Virus record (IMG/VR): IMGVR_UViG_3300044515_000043
Coordinates: 1-39,115 of that record
Strand: one strand, 5' to 3'
DNA length: 39,115 bases
Origin: a virus
Lineage: Duplodnaviria; Caudoviricetes
The notes beneath the pieces are model-generated. The model was not told the DNA's origin. It made no database searches and saw only the letters and a list, made by a program, of their open reading frames with translations. Of the stretch, positions 25,399 through 34,840 are shown in pieces. Numbering within the stretch: the first letter of the stretch is position 1; each line of letters opens with the position of its first letter. A program made the translations under genes and the position numbers.

Positions 25399-25720
25399 GG
25401 GACGTTCCTTTCAGGGTGTGGGCGTGGTCGATGTAGGCGAGGATGGTGGCGGCCAGCTGGTTTTGGCCTTCGCGGACCTGGGCGTACCGGCGGTACTCGC
25501 CGCCGCGCAGGCGCTGATCCACCGGAGGGCGGAAGAGGCTGGCCTCGAGGATCAGCTGTAACACCGCCTGGCCCTCGTGGCCCATAAACACGGCGGCGAA
25601 CATGCGGGCGTTCTTGTCGAGCTCGGCATTCATGTGGGCGCGCGGATCCGCCTCGGGATCGGGAGCAATGTGGTTGGTGCGCAGCCATTCCATCGCTTGG
25701 TCGGCGGTAAGCGGCGGCAT
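25268..25720 (-). CDS. Small post-portal protein (Bbp19-like)
   Basis: FAAVFMGHEGQAVLQLI...REGQNQL motif and position; TGATG coupling to the portal gene. Confidence 0.75.
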   Translation of the reverse strand: MPPLTADQAMEWLRTNHIAPDPEADPRAHMNAELDKNARMFAAVFMGHEGQAVLQLILEASLFRPPVDQRLRGGEYRRYAQVREGQNQLAATILAYIDHAHTLKGTSHEQQRVTGGHDPEPRHGPISGGGGDGPGDDSAGDDAGSFLAVR

Positions 25721-27402
25721 CAGTGCGACGGGCCTCCGAAACTGGGCCCGGGCAGGCTGAGGGTGTCAGGCGGCGGGGTGAACGGCGCGGGCGTCGCGCC
25801 GCCGCTGAAGGGCGACGTGGCGGGGGATTTCGGGGCGGCTTGTTGCGGCCCCGGGCCACCTGGTTGCGCGGGAGCGCCGTTCTGTTGCTGTTGCGCGGCG
25901 GCCGCGGCGGCGGCCTTCTCCAGGGCGTCGCGCTCGGCCTTGGGCCTGATCAGGGTCTTGGAAACCCCGAAACGGTTGCCGAGGTAGGGGCCGACGTCCT
26001 CGATCTTGCTGGCGTGGGCGAGCATCATGTCGCCGCCGATCGCCTTCATGGTCTCCAGCCACTGGACGGTATTTTGGACATCGTCCAACGATTGGGCCCT
26101 GGCCAGCGGGCTGATGACGTTCACCTTCATCACCAGCTGGTCGATCTTCATCTTGTTCCAGTCGATCAGCGCCACTTTCTTGCGATCGAGGATGTCCAGC
26201 ACCACCCGGATGACGTCGGGCACCAGCTCGTGGTTGAGCCGGCCGAAGGCGGCGCTGGCGTCGTATTGCAGTTCCTTGGCCCGCTCGACGATCTCGCTGG
26301 CGGACCGCACCGCCCCGGTGACCGGCGGCAGCTGCTCATTGAGAAGGGTCTTGTTGGTCGATTGCCGCAGATCGGTGAGCACGATCTGGGCCAGATCGAC
26401 CTTGGCCCCGATCTCCATGGGCTCGATGCTGCGGCCGTTGGGACCGCCGGTGCGGGCCACCCGGATCAGGGCGTTCGGCGCCAGGCGCATGGCGTCGGGA
26501 TTTACCACGCCATCGTGGGTGACCATCAACGGCGGGGCCAGGGAATAGGCCGCCGCCCGCAGGACCATCTCCACCGTCTTGTTGAGGGTCTTGATGTCCG
26601 GCAGCGCCAGCATCAGCGGGCCTCGGCCCCAGGGATTGCCGCTGGTGGTCCACCAGCGCGGGATGATCCACGGGTTGCTGCGCCGCTCGGTCTCCCAGAC
26701 GATCTGCTTCTCGCCGTTCTCCAGGCTGACGATGGCGATGCGCCATTTGTCGATGTCGTCGTCGAAGTAGCTGGCCTGCAGGATACGGACCTTGTTGCGG
26801 TCGCCGGCGACGATGCGCGCCTTGATCGACGCGCCCCAGTCGGCGCCCGGCCACAGCTGGTTGAGGTGCCAGATCGGCTTCTGGTCATCCCAGTAGACGT
26901 TGTCGATGGTGCCGAACGGGCCTTGCTCGATGCCCATGGCCCAGGGCGGCGCGGCCTGCCAGATGATCGGGCAGCGGTCGGGGCCCTCGGTGCCGAGGAT
27001 GGCGGCGGTCCCGATGGCCAGATCGGCGTAGGCCTCGGCGCTGGCGGTGGCGAAGGCGCTGTGATCGAGCACGGCGTGGGCCATCATGGTCGCCGTCTCG
27101 AGCTGCAGATTGATCTTTTCGACCATCGGCGTGGGGACCATCGGCCCCGCCTCGAGGTTGAACCACTTCTGGAACGGCGGGCTCAGATCGCGCTGGATGC
27201 GGCCACCGAAACGCTGCACGGCGGTGGGCCCGGTGCTGTCGAACAGCAGGCCGAAGGTGTCGCGGCCGTTGTTGCGCGCCTGGCGACGCCGCCAGGGCAT
27301 GCACAGGTCCATGCACTGGTCGATTTCCAGATTGATCGGCCCGCGCAGGCTCTCCGCGTGCGCCGCCCGCTGCTGGATCTCGGCGGCGGTCCAGCGGCCC
27401 AT
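25720..27402 (-). CDS. Portal (head-tail connector) protein
   Basis: LFDSTG, PPFQKWFNL, DLAIGTA, PRWWTTSGNPWGRGP..ALPDIKTLN, RSASEIVER and SPLARAQ motifs. Confidence 0.93.
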   Translation of the reverse strand: MGRWTAAEIQQRAAHAESLRGPINLEIDQCMDLCMPWRRRQARNNGRDTFGLLFDSTGPTAVQRFGGRIQRDLSPPFQKWFNLEAGPMVPTPMVEKINLQLETATMMAHAVLDHSAFATASAEAYADLAIGTAAILGTEGPDRCPIIWQAAPPWAMGIEQGPFGTIDNVYWDDQKPIWHLNQLWPGADWGASIKARIVAGDRNKVRILQASYFDDDIDKWRIAIVSLENGEKQIVWETERRSNPWIIPRWWTTSGNPWGRGPLMLALPDIKTLNKTVEMVLRAAAYSLAPPLMVTHDGVVNPDAMRLAPNALIRVARTGGPNGRSIEPMEIGAKVDLAQIVLTDLRQSTNKTLLNEQLPPVTGAVRSASEIVERAKELQYDASAAFGRLNHELVPDVIRVVLDILDRKKVALIDWNKMKIDQLVMKVNVISPLARAQSLDDVQNTVQWLETMKAIGGDMMLAHASKIEDVGPYLGNRFGVSKTLIRPKAERDALEKAAAAAAAQQQQNGAPAQPGGPGPQQAAPKSPATSPFSGGATPAPFTPPPDTLSLPGPSFGGPSH

Positions 27403-27713
27403 CAGCCGCCCAACGTGGAGGCGGAGCCCTTGGGGCTGGCGCCCAGCGTGCTGTCCACCGCCCCGGCGCTGGCCCCCTGGAAGCCCAGGATATGCAGGCC
27501 GGCGGCCCTGGCGATGCGCGTCGAGGCGTCCTGGCCGGTGGCCTGCAGCTGGGCGTCCTCCTCGGCCGCCCGGCTGGCCCGCTCCTGGGCCTGCATGGCG
27601 ATCTGCTGCTGGGCGGCGGCCTTGTTGGCCTGGCCGCGCGCCGCGCTGGCCTCCAGCGCCCCGGCGCCGATGCTGGCGGCCCCTAGGATGAGGGGGAGGG
27701 CGACCATGGGCAT
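27402..27713 (-). CDS. Small pre-portal virion protein (103 aa)
   Basis: GGAG RBS; Ala/Gln-rich; ends STLGG with TGATG coupling to the portal gene. Confidence 0.75.
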   Translation of the reverse strand: MPMVALPLILGAASIGAGALEASAARGQANKAAAQQQIAMQAQERASRAAEEDAQLQATGQDASTRIARAAGLHILGFQGASAGAVDSTLGASPKGSASTLGG

Positions 27714-28147
27714 GTGAAGTCTCTCCGCCATACGGTCAGCCGGCCAAACGGCGGGATCTCCGTTTCGCCGGCCTTGGTGAGCCCGAAGAGTGGCGCGAGA
27801 CGGTGACCCGCAACGCTGGCCGCCGGCACATGGGCCCGCACCTCCAGCGGGGCCGCCTCGAGGCCGACCTTCTCGAACAGATCGCGCCACAGGCGCAGGG
27901 CCGGGCGCAGATGGGCGCGCAGGGCCGGGCCCACCGCCCACCAGGCCTCGGCGAAGGTCCCGGCGTGGTAGAGGCCGGCGATCATCACCAGCTGGCCGCC
28001 GGCGCGCAATGTGACCGCCCCGCCGGCGTCCACCTGGCGGGCGAACAGGCCGAAGGACCACCGCGTCAGCCGGATCGGCAGCGAGCCGCCGTCATCCAGC
28101 GCCTCGGCGAAATCGAAGGCGCTGGCCGGGGCGGCTAGGAGTTCCAC
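27683..28147 (-). CDS. GNAT-like / T7 gp13-like protein
   Basis: LVMIAGL...AEAWWAVG...GHRLAPLFGLTKAGE pattern. Confidence 0.6.
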   Translation of the reverse strand: MELLAAPASAFDFAEALDDGGSLPIRLTRWSFGLFARQVDAGGAVTLRAGGQLVMIAGLYHAGTFAEAWWAVGPALRAHLRPALRLWRDLFEKVGLEAAPLEVRAHVPAASVAGHRLAPLFGLTKAGETEIPPFGRLTVWRRDFTCPWSPSPSS

Positions 28148-29712
28148 ACGTCGAACCGGGTGTCATAGCCCTGGCCATCGCCGGTACGGCCGTCCCGCGC
28201 CAGGCTGTCCCGCTCCTGGCGGTCGATCTGCTGCCAGATGGGGGAGCCCACGCCCGCCGGCGTAGCCTGGCGCTGACGGTCCCATTTCTCGCCCGCCAGC
28301 ACCCCCGCGTCGCCCACGTCGCCCAGGCAGAAGTATTGCAGAGCATCGTGAATGTGCGAGGTCGCGGTTTTGCGGGGCTTTAGGTTCTTGCCCTCGTTCT
28401 TCGGGTCGCGTTCTTCATATTTATAGTCGGCCGTGAAGCCTCGTCTCAGCCATTTGCACGAAGGATTGATGATCAGGCTGGGCTGGCCGTCGATCCAGTG
28501 AGTCATCAGCCCCTTGACCGACTGGATGCGTTTGTAAATCTCGTTGGAGGGGGCGAGCATGCCGATCTTCAGCCTCAGGCCCAGGGCCTCCATGAAGCTG
28601 TATTCGCCGTACTCGCGATCGGCGCCGTAGAAGGCCGCCTGGTCGCCGTAGCCCAGGCGCAGGCGGTTGCGCGGGAAGCGCTCGGTCATCACGTCGCGGA
28701 TGGCGTCGGCCAGGCGCACCGGGCCCGCGCCGGTGATCAGCCGCCGGCCCTTGGGGTCGAAGGGATCGAACAGCACCACCTCGGCGTAGACGATGCGCCT
28801 GCCCCAGCGGTCGCGCCCGCAGATCACCGCCGCCGGCGTGCCGCCGCCGTCCGCCCCCAGCCACAGCTCCTGGCCGGGCTCGGGGCGCATCTCCGTCTGG
28901 GCCACATGGTGTTCGCTGCGGAATTCCGGATAGATCACCTCGCCGGATACGGACGCACCCCACTTGTTGCGCACCATCCGCGTGACATACCACTCCGGGT
29001 TGCTCTGCGCCTGAAGCACATAGTAATCCTCGTCAAGTCGTTCGAGGTTTTCTGCTTTCGGGTTCTGAATATAGGGCGGCCCACCGTCTAGGAGGCCGCT
29101 CGGCTGATCGAAGAAAGCGAAGTTCTCCGGCGGATCCTCCTCGCACCAGCGATAGGTCCAGTGGTCGACGTCGGGCTTGTTGAAGGTCCCCCATACCCCC
29201 TTGGTCACCCGGTACGGCCGTTCCGGCCAGCGCTTCACCCGGCCGGTGAGGAAGTTCATGGTCTCCTCCGGCATCAGGTCGGCCTCGTCCAGGAAACACC
29301 CGGTGAGGTTCCAGCCGCGGCAGGTCTTCTCGACGCTGTTGGCCCCCAGCGCCCGCATCTCCACGGCGACCTCGCAGGGGCCGATCGGCGTGTCGATCGA
29401 GAACGCGTGCAGGGCCGGGCGGTCATCGGAGCCCACGAAGCTCCCCAGCTCGCGGGGAAACCACTCGAACCAGCTGGGGATGAACTGGCTGTAGAGGTTG
29501 CGATAGGTGTCGCGCAGCACGCCGAACTTCGCTCGCCGCACGCCGTCCGGGTGTGGCTCCTGGACCATGGCGCCCAGCACCATCTCGACGCACCCGGCCC
29601 CGGCCGTCTTGCCAGACCCGACGGGCCCTGCCATCAATCGAAAGAAGGCGCTCGATTCGTGGAAGGCCTTCATCACCGGACCCGCCGGCCTGTAGGTCTT
29701 CACATCCAACAC
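28135..29712 (-). CDS. terL: Terminase large subunit
   Basis: Walker A GPVGSGKT, Walker B CFLDEA, nuclease motifs LGADGG and SHIHDALQY. Confidence 0.93.
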   Translation of the reverse strand: MLDVKTYRPAGPVMKAFHESSAFFRLMAGPVGSGKTAGAGCVEMVLGAMVQEPHPDGVRRAKFGVLRDTYRNLYSQFIPSWFEWFPRELGSFVGSDDRPALHAFSIDTPIGPCEVAVEMRALGANSVEKTCRGWNLTGCFLDEADLMPEETMNFLTGRVKRWPERPYRVTKGVWGTFNKPDVDHWTYRWCEEDPPENFAFFDQPSGLLDGGPPYIQNPKAENLERLDEDYYVLQAQSNPEWYVTRMVRNKWGASVSGEVIYPEFRSEHHVAQTEMRPEPGQELWLGADGGGTPAAVICGRDRWGRRIVYAEVVLFDPFDPKGRRLITGAGPVRLADAIRDVMTERFPRNRLRLGYGDQAAFYGADREYGEYSFMEALGLRLKIGMLAPSNEIYKRIQSVKGLMTHWIDGQPSLIINPSCKWLRRGFTADYKYEERDPKNEGKNLKPRKTATSHIHDALQYFCLGDVGDAGVLAGEKWDRQRQATPAGVGSPIWQQIDRQERDSLARDGRTGDGQGYDTRFDVWNS

Positions 29713-29880
29713 GCGCGCACCCCTCCCCCACCCCTCGGTTCGCGATCAGTTTCCGCCGGCTCCCTTTTTCGCAACTTTGCAATGTGCGGGACGTACCCCG
29801 CATAAGGGTTCGGGCGTCGGCCTCGTCAAAGGCCCTCGCCAGGCGGCGGCTAACGCCTACTTAGAAGGAATGCCTTGCCA

Positions 29881-29923
29881 TATCAGGTGCTTATGCGTCG
29901 CGTCCGACTTCACCGTCCGACTT
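29881..29923. promoter_or_regulatory. IHF-like box plus two CGTCCGACTT direct repeats at the terS 3' end (possible packaging or recombinase-binding site)
   Basis: TATCAGGTGCTTA at 29881-29893; CGTCCGACTT at 29901 and 29914; same 10-mer as in attP. Confidence 0.6.
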
Positions 29924-30460
29924 GAACGGCAAACGCAGCCCTTCAACCACCTGCGCCTGGTCACCAGGCCGCCCGCGCGCGGGAAGCGATACCCCCTCAA
30001 AGCCGATGGTCAGGCCGGCCTTCATATCCATCTGGACGGCGAGCGGCTGGCGCTGGGCGACGTAGGGCGCCACGGCCTCGGCCATGCGCAGCTGCAGCTT
30101 GAATATCTCCAACAGGTCGCCGGTGACCGCGCCGGCGGCGTCCACCAGGCCGATCCGGGCCGCGAGCTCGGCGGGCGTCATGGAGTAGGCCTCCATCATC
30201 ACGCTGAGGGGGTGGCGATGCTGGGAGAGCAACCAGGCCACCACCGCCTCGGTGCGCTTGTTCCGTGAGCCTGGCCGGCGGCCGCCCTTGCCCTTGGCCG
30301 GCGCCAGGAGGGCCGACAATGGCGACGGGGCGTCGAGGGCGCCGGTCTCATCCTCGCCGAGGGCGTCGAACAGCACGCCCTGGACTTCGTCAGGGTCCGG
30401 TTCGGCCTGGTCAAGCACCTCGGCGAGGGCGGCGCGCACGCCGCCTGGTCCCTCCGCCAT
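29891..30460 (-). CDS. terS: Terminase small subunit
   Basis: GGRRPGSRNKRT and AEAVAPYV motifs; immediately upstream of terL. Confidence 0.75.
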   Translation of the reverse strand: MAEGPGGVRAALAEVLDQAEPDPDEVQGVLFDALGEDETGALDAPSPLSALLAPAKGKGGRRPGSRNKRTEAVVAWLLSQHRHPLSVMMEAYSMTPAELAARIGLVDAAGAVTGDLLEIFKLQLRMAEAVAPYVAQRQPLAVQMDMKAGLTIGFEGVSLPARGRPGDQAQVVEGLRLPFKSDGEVGRDA

Positions 30461-30522
30461 ATCGACCCCTTAGTTAATCCGCTCTCTAAGATCGCCGCCG
30501 CCGGCCAGGCGCAACGTCGGGG

Positions 30523-30752
30523 CGAGTGACAATCGGTAACTCGGTTCGTCACTCGATCCGCCTTCAACAACAACAACTTACAAGGCGAATTACACAATTA
30601 CGGACTGACAACCTCGCGCCTATGCAGTCCCCCGGCCCGAAGTCTGGCGGGCGTGCGCGCGACGTGGGCGCGCGAGGTAACTCCGTAACTCCGTAACTGG
30701 TGGGCTAAGGGCTTGATCCGTATACGGAACCGACTGACCGGGCGAGTTACGG
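30523..30752. promoter_or_regulatory. Putative replication origin with GTAAC(T)-type iterons
   Basis: GTAACTCC-GTAACTCC-GTAACTGG at 30677-30700, GTAACT at 30536, inverted GAGTTACGG at 30744, AATTAC x2 at ~30588-30601, GAGTGAC/GTCACTC inverted pair; directly downstream of the helicase. Confidence 0.7.
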
Positions 30753-30823
30753 GCCCGTCATTTGGCCTGTGGCGCGGCGGCCTAGAAACTCTCCGCCCGT
30801 GGGCCGGGGTGCAACGCCGGGGC

Positions 30824-32827
30824 TCACCCGTCTTCGCCGGGTTCGCGCGCCTGGTCGGCCACCAGGTCCTCGCCGACGTGGCGCGGAAAGATCGGTGTCA
30901 GGGTGCCGCCGATGTCCACCACGCCATCGAGCCGGAACAGGGCGCAGCGCTGGCTTGAAAGGCGGGGCACGGCCTGGACCAGGAGCACGCCGGCGTCGTC
31001 CTCTGGGCCGCTCATCTCCGGCGCCATGCGCAGGGGCAGGAACCAGGCCCCCTCGCCGCCGCGCTTCTGGAAGTCGCTGCCGGCGAAGATGTCGGCGATG
31101 GCCTGGTGTCGCGGCGGTATGGCCAGGAACATGCGGCCCGTCTTACGGTTCTTCACCAGCGCTAAGCCCGCGCGTTCAAGTTTAGATCGCAGCGAGGCGC
31201 GCTCTTTGTCCTCCAATTCATCTGGTGGGAGGTCGAGGTACTTGCGGACAATTTCGGCCACGGTCGGCGAGCCGTCGCCGCGCCATACGTCGGGCTGGGC
31301 GGTGAGCACCTGGCGCAGGGCCTGCAACCAGGTGGGGGCGTCGTTCTCGTATTCCATCAGGCGATCGCGGCGCAGCTGCTCACACCAGAAGGCGACATCG
31401 AGGGCGGTGGGCGCGCCGTCCTCCAGCACCAGGTGGGCGGCGGCCAGCAAGGTGCCGAACTGCATCGCCCCGCGCTGGGCGTGGCCCACCGCCTCGAGGC
31501 CGGCGACGAAGGTGTCGAGGGTCTTCTGCCATACCGGCCAGGCCTTGGTGATCCTGGCCACCAGGGCGTCGCCCAGGTCGCGCAGGTGGGCCGGGGCCAG
31601 GGTGTCGAGGCGCGCGCCGGCGGGCAGCTCGCGCAACATCAGGAAGGCGATCCGCTGGGCGTCGGCCTGGCGCATGCTGGGCGGGATGATGGCGGAGAAC
31701 AGAAAGGATCCTCGCAGGGTGAACTGCTTCACCTCCTGGCTCGATGAACTGCGATAGGCGTCATCGCCACTGGCGGCGGTGCGGGCCAGCTTCATGACCT
31801 GCTGGGCCTTGTCGTTGGTGGCGTCGGCCTCGATCTCGTCGAAGCTCACCGCCAGGGCGTCCTGGCCCAGCAGGCCGCGCAGGGCCGCCTCCGAGGCGTC
31901 CATGGTCGACAACAGCCGGCCAGGCTGCAGGGCGCGCACGAAGCGCTGCAGGGTCGATTTGCCGGTGCCGGCGCCGCCGCACAGGAAGGCCATCGGGCGC
32001 CACTCCAGGGCGGCCGAAAGCACGCCGGCGCTGACCTGACCCAGCAAAAGCCGGGCGTCGAGGTCGCCGCGCGCCCAATTCCAGCGCTTCATGCGCTCGT
32101 AGATCTCGCCGGCCATCTTGCGGCTGGGCTTGCCGGCCGGGCGCAGAGGCGGGCGCCCCGGATAGACGAAGCCGTCGATCTCGCCGGGCTTGTGCTCCAC
32201 CGCGCCGACCATGACCACGTTGCCCAGGTGCTGCACCAGCTGGCCTTCCTCATCGCGCCAGCACCCACGGCCGCGCACCCGCTCGTGGGCCTGGAAGGCC
32301 GGCTTTAGACTGCAGGCGCCCATCATGGCGTCTCTGGCGTAGTTGGCGCGGAAGCCCTGGAATTTGCCCTGCTGGTTGAACTGCGGGAAGGCGGCGTTGA
32401 GGTCGTTGATGTTGGGCGACCACAGGCCGGCGATGTGCGCCTGGCCGTGCTCGGCGTCGGCCAGGATGATCAGCTCGCCCTTCGGCGAGAGGTAGAAATA
32501 CAGGCGCCCGGCCCGGCCCAGGCAGCTGATCGGGCAGGGGTCGGGGAGGCTGATCGGCACCTGGCGGATCACCTTGCCGAACAGGCGCGGGATCATGACC
32601 TTGTCGAACAGCACCGCGTCGTCGCGGGGCGAGCTGTCGTCGTCCGGCTCTTCGTCGTCGCCGCCTGGCGGCCTGGGCGGCGGCGGCGGCTCGGGCGTCC
32701 AGTCGCCGACGTTGTCGAGCACCGCGCTGCGCCCCTTGCGCAGCTTGGCGTCGATCTCGGCCTTGATGGCCCGATATTGCTCCAGGGCCTCGGGCGAGCC
32801 TGGCGGATGAAAGACTTCGTCGGTCAT
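30824..32827 (-). CDS. Replicative P-loop helicase/ATPase (667 aa)
   Basis: Walker A GGAGTGKST, Walker B SFDEIE; VRGRGCWRD; paired with the primase. Confidence 0.85.
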   Translation of the reverse strand: MTDEVFHPPGSPEALEQYRAIKAEIDAKLRKGRSAVLDNVGDWTPEPPPPPRPPGGDDEEPDDDSSPRDDAVLFDKVMIPRLFGKVIRQVPISLPDPCPISCLGRAGRLYFYLSPKGELIILADAEHGQAHIAGLWSPNINDLNAAFPQFNQQGKFQGFRANYARDAMMGACSLKPAFQAHERVRGRGCWRDEEGQLVQHLGNVVMVGAVEHKPGEIDGFVYPGRPPLRPAGKPSRKMAGEIYERMKRWNWARGDLDARLLLGQVSAGVLSAALEWRPMAFLCGGAGTGKSTLQRFVRALQPGRLLSTMDASEAALRGLLGQDALAVSFDEIEADATNDKAQQVMKLARTAASGDDAYRSSSSQEVKQFTLRGSFLFSAIIPPSMRQADAQRIAFLMLRELPAGARLDTLAPAHLRDLGDALVARITKAWPVWQKTLDTFVAGLEAVGHAQRGAMQFGTLLAAAHLVLEDGAPTALDVAFWCEQLRRDRLMEYENDAPTWLQALRQVLTAQPDVWRGDGSPTVAEIVRKYLDLPPDELEDKERASLRSKLERAGLALVKNRKTGRMFLAIPPRHQAIADIFAGSDFQKRGGEGAWFLPLRMAPEMSGPEDDAGVLLVQAVPRLSSQRCALFRLDGVVDIGGTLTPIFPRHVGEDLVADQAREPGEDG

Positions 32828-33072
32828 GCGCCAAGGCTCGGGTGGTGTGGGCCATATAGACGCAAGGTGATGCCGCGCTCCCATCTACAAATGTGCCGAT
32901 GCGCCCGAGTATAGGCTTCGACCTCACCATCTCGCTTGACCAGGTCTCGCACCCAACCGGCTTGGTAGTTCGTGGGCGCGCAGGCCAGCAGTTGCTTCAA
33001 TCGTCGCGGCAGGGCGTCGTAGATAGCTAGGTGGTTAGGTTCGTGCTCGCCGAACGTCTGATTGCCGGGCAC
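32824..33072 (-). CDS. Hypothetical protein, DUF6525-like (82 aa), lower GC
   Basis: YDALPRRLKQLLACAP...LYGPHHP; coupled to primase (TAGTG) and to helicase (ATGA). Confidence 0.65.
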   Translation of the reverse strand: MPGNQTFGEHEPNHLAIYDALPRRLKQLLACAPTNYQAGWVRDLVKRDGEVEAYTRAHRHICRWERGITLRLYGPHHPSLGA

Positions 33073-34157
33073 TAGACGCCCCGCAACAGGTCGTTGAAGT
33101 CCTTGCCCTCGGGGCTCCTGGCGATCGACACCAGTTTGCCGAGCTCGTGGAACCTGGCGCAGGCGCGGTCCAGCAGGGCGGCGGCCTGGGGCTTGCCCCA
33201 GTCGTTGTCGGCCGCCACGATCACCCGGCGGATGTGCTTGGGCGGGGTGTAGGCCAGCATGCCGGGCAGACTGCCGGCGGCCACCACGCGCAGCTCGGGG
33301 ACGCACAGGGCGACGCTGAGGCCATCCTCCACGCCCTCGCAGACCACCAGATCCTCGACGACGCCGCGATCGGTCGCTTCGCGCTCGGTCAGGCCGGTTT
33401 CGCCGCGCCACAGGCGGATGGCGGCGCCCTGGCTGTCGGGCCACATCTTGCGGTTGGGCGTGATGGCGGCCTTCTCTCCGGGCCTGGCGGGATCTATCCA
33501 AGTCCGGTGCAAAGCGCCTGGCCTGCCATCGGGGAGGGTCATCGCACTCATCAGGGCCGGGCCGACGTACGATGGCGCGTCGCCGCCATCGTACCACGGC
33601 GCCGCGAGGCTGAGGCGCACCGCCCTGGGCTGGTGGGCGAAGCGGGCGAGGTCGACGCCGCGGGCCTGCAGGTACTGCCACCCCACGTCGCCGGGCGTCA
33701 GCACCTCGGCGGCCAGCCACAGGCCATGGGCCGTCTTGCGGGCGTCGGCCAGCTCGCGAGCGGCCGCCTTGGCCGCCCTGGCCGCCCGCGCCTCGGCCTC
33801 GGCGCGGCGCCGGGCCCAGGCGTCGTGATCGAAGCCGCCGGCCTCCAGGCCGAAATACTCCCGCGACCAGGCCATGGCCTGGCCAAGGGCCCGGCGGTCC
33901 TTGGGATCGGCGACGCCGGCGACGATGCACGCCACCAGGCCCAGGGCGTCGCCCCAGCGGCCTTCGATCCAATCGTTCCATTTGCCGGGGCGCGGGTAGA
34001 TCTCCACTTCCAGCTTGGGCTTGCCGTTCCATGGGCTGAGGCAGGTCAGCCGCCGGCGGTCGCGGCGCTGGATCACGATGCCGAGCGCGCCGACGACCTT
34101 TTCGATGTCGTCGGCGAGCATCAGGCTGATCTCGCGAGGGTCGGGGCCGGCGGTCAT
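33072..34157 (-). CDS. TOPRIM primase (361 aa)
   Basis: YLQARGV, ALHRTWI, VCEGVEDGLS, VAADND and KDFNDLL motifs. Confidence 0.9.
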   Translation of the reverse strand: MTAGPDPREISLMLADDIEKVVGALGIVIQRRDRRRLTCLSPWNGKPKLEVEIYPRPGKWNDWIEGRWGDALGLVACIVAGVADPKDRRALGQAMAWSREYFGLEAGGFDHDAWARRRAEAEARAARAAKAAARELADARKTAHGLWLAAEVLTPGDVGWQYLQARGVDLARFAHQPRAVRLSLAAPWYDGGDAPSYVGPALMSAMTLPDGRPGALHRTWIDPARPGEKAAITPNRKMWPDSQGAAIRLWRGETGLTEREATDRGVVEDLVVCEGVEDGLSVALCVPELRVVAAGSLPGMLAYTPPKHIRRVIVAADNDWGKPQAAALLDRACARFHELGKLVSIARSPEGKDFNDLLRGV

Positions 34158-34161
34158 GGTC

Positions 34162-34840
34162 TCAGGCGCGCGCCAGCTTGATCGCGCCCACGCCATTCTC
34201 GGCGCGCCAGGCGTTGGCCATGGCGTTGGCCTCCTCCGGGGTTTTCTCCTCGCCGTCGATCATCCAGGCGTCGTCGCGGATCCGTTCGGCCTGGTAGCCG
34301 GCCCGCTGCAGGATGGTGGTCAGGGCCCGGCCGGTGACCGTCTGCACGGCGCCGATCGGCGCGCTGGGCGCAGGGGGGGGGGGTGGCCGCCGGCGGCCTG
34401 GGGGCGGTCGCCGGCGCTGGGGCTTTCCACGCCTCGAGGTCGAAGGCCAGGGTGACGCCGGTGGCGTCCTGGGCGACGATCCGCAGGGCGACAGGCCCCT
34501 TGTCGATGCTTGGCAGCCAGCGTGGGGCGCGGATGTTCAGGCGCGAGCCGCCCTGCGCGGAACTTCCCCGGGTGGCGATTAATCTGACCGGCGTGTCGCC
34601 GGCGCCCAGGTCCAGGCGCATCATGGGCAAGACCTCCTCGCCGCCGGGACTGACGCGCAGCCGCGCCGAGCGCGCCGCGCCGAAGGCTTGGGTCAACGGG
34701 CCGTTGAGGTAGAGCCAAAGGTTCACCTGCCCGCTGATCAACACCACCGATTTGGCGTTAACACCCGGCCCCTTGAGCTTCGCGCCGGTGGGGATCGCCG
34801 CTGGCGCCGCCTCTTCCCAGTCTTCCCAGATCTCGCTCAT
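34162..34840 (-). pseudogene. ~225-aa hypothetical gene frameshifted at a G11/C11 tract (34373-34383): phase-variable or assembly error
   Basis: MSEIWEDWEE...ATPPP joins APSAPIGAVQTVTGRAL...KLARA in frame if the tract is C10 or C13; both halves have high GC3. Confidence 0.7.
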
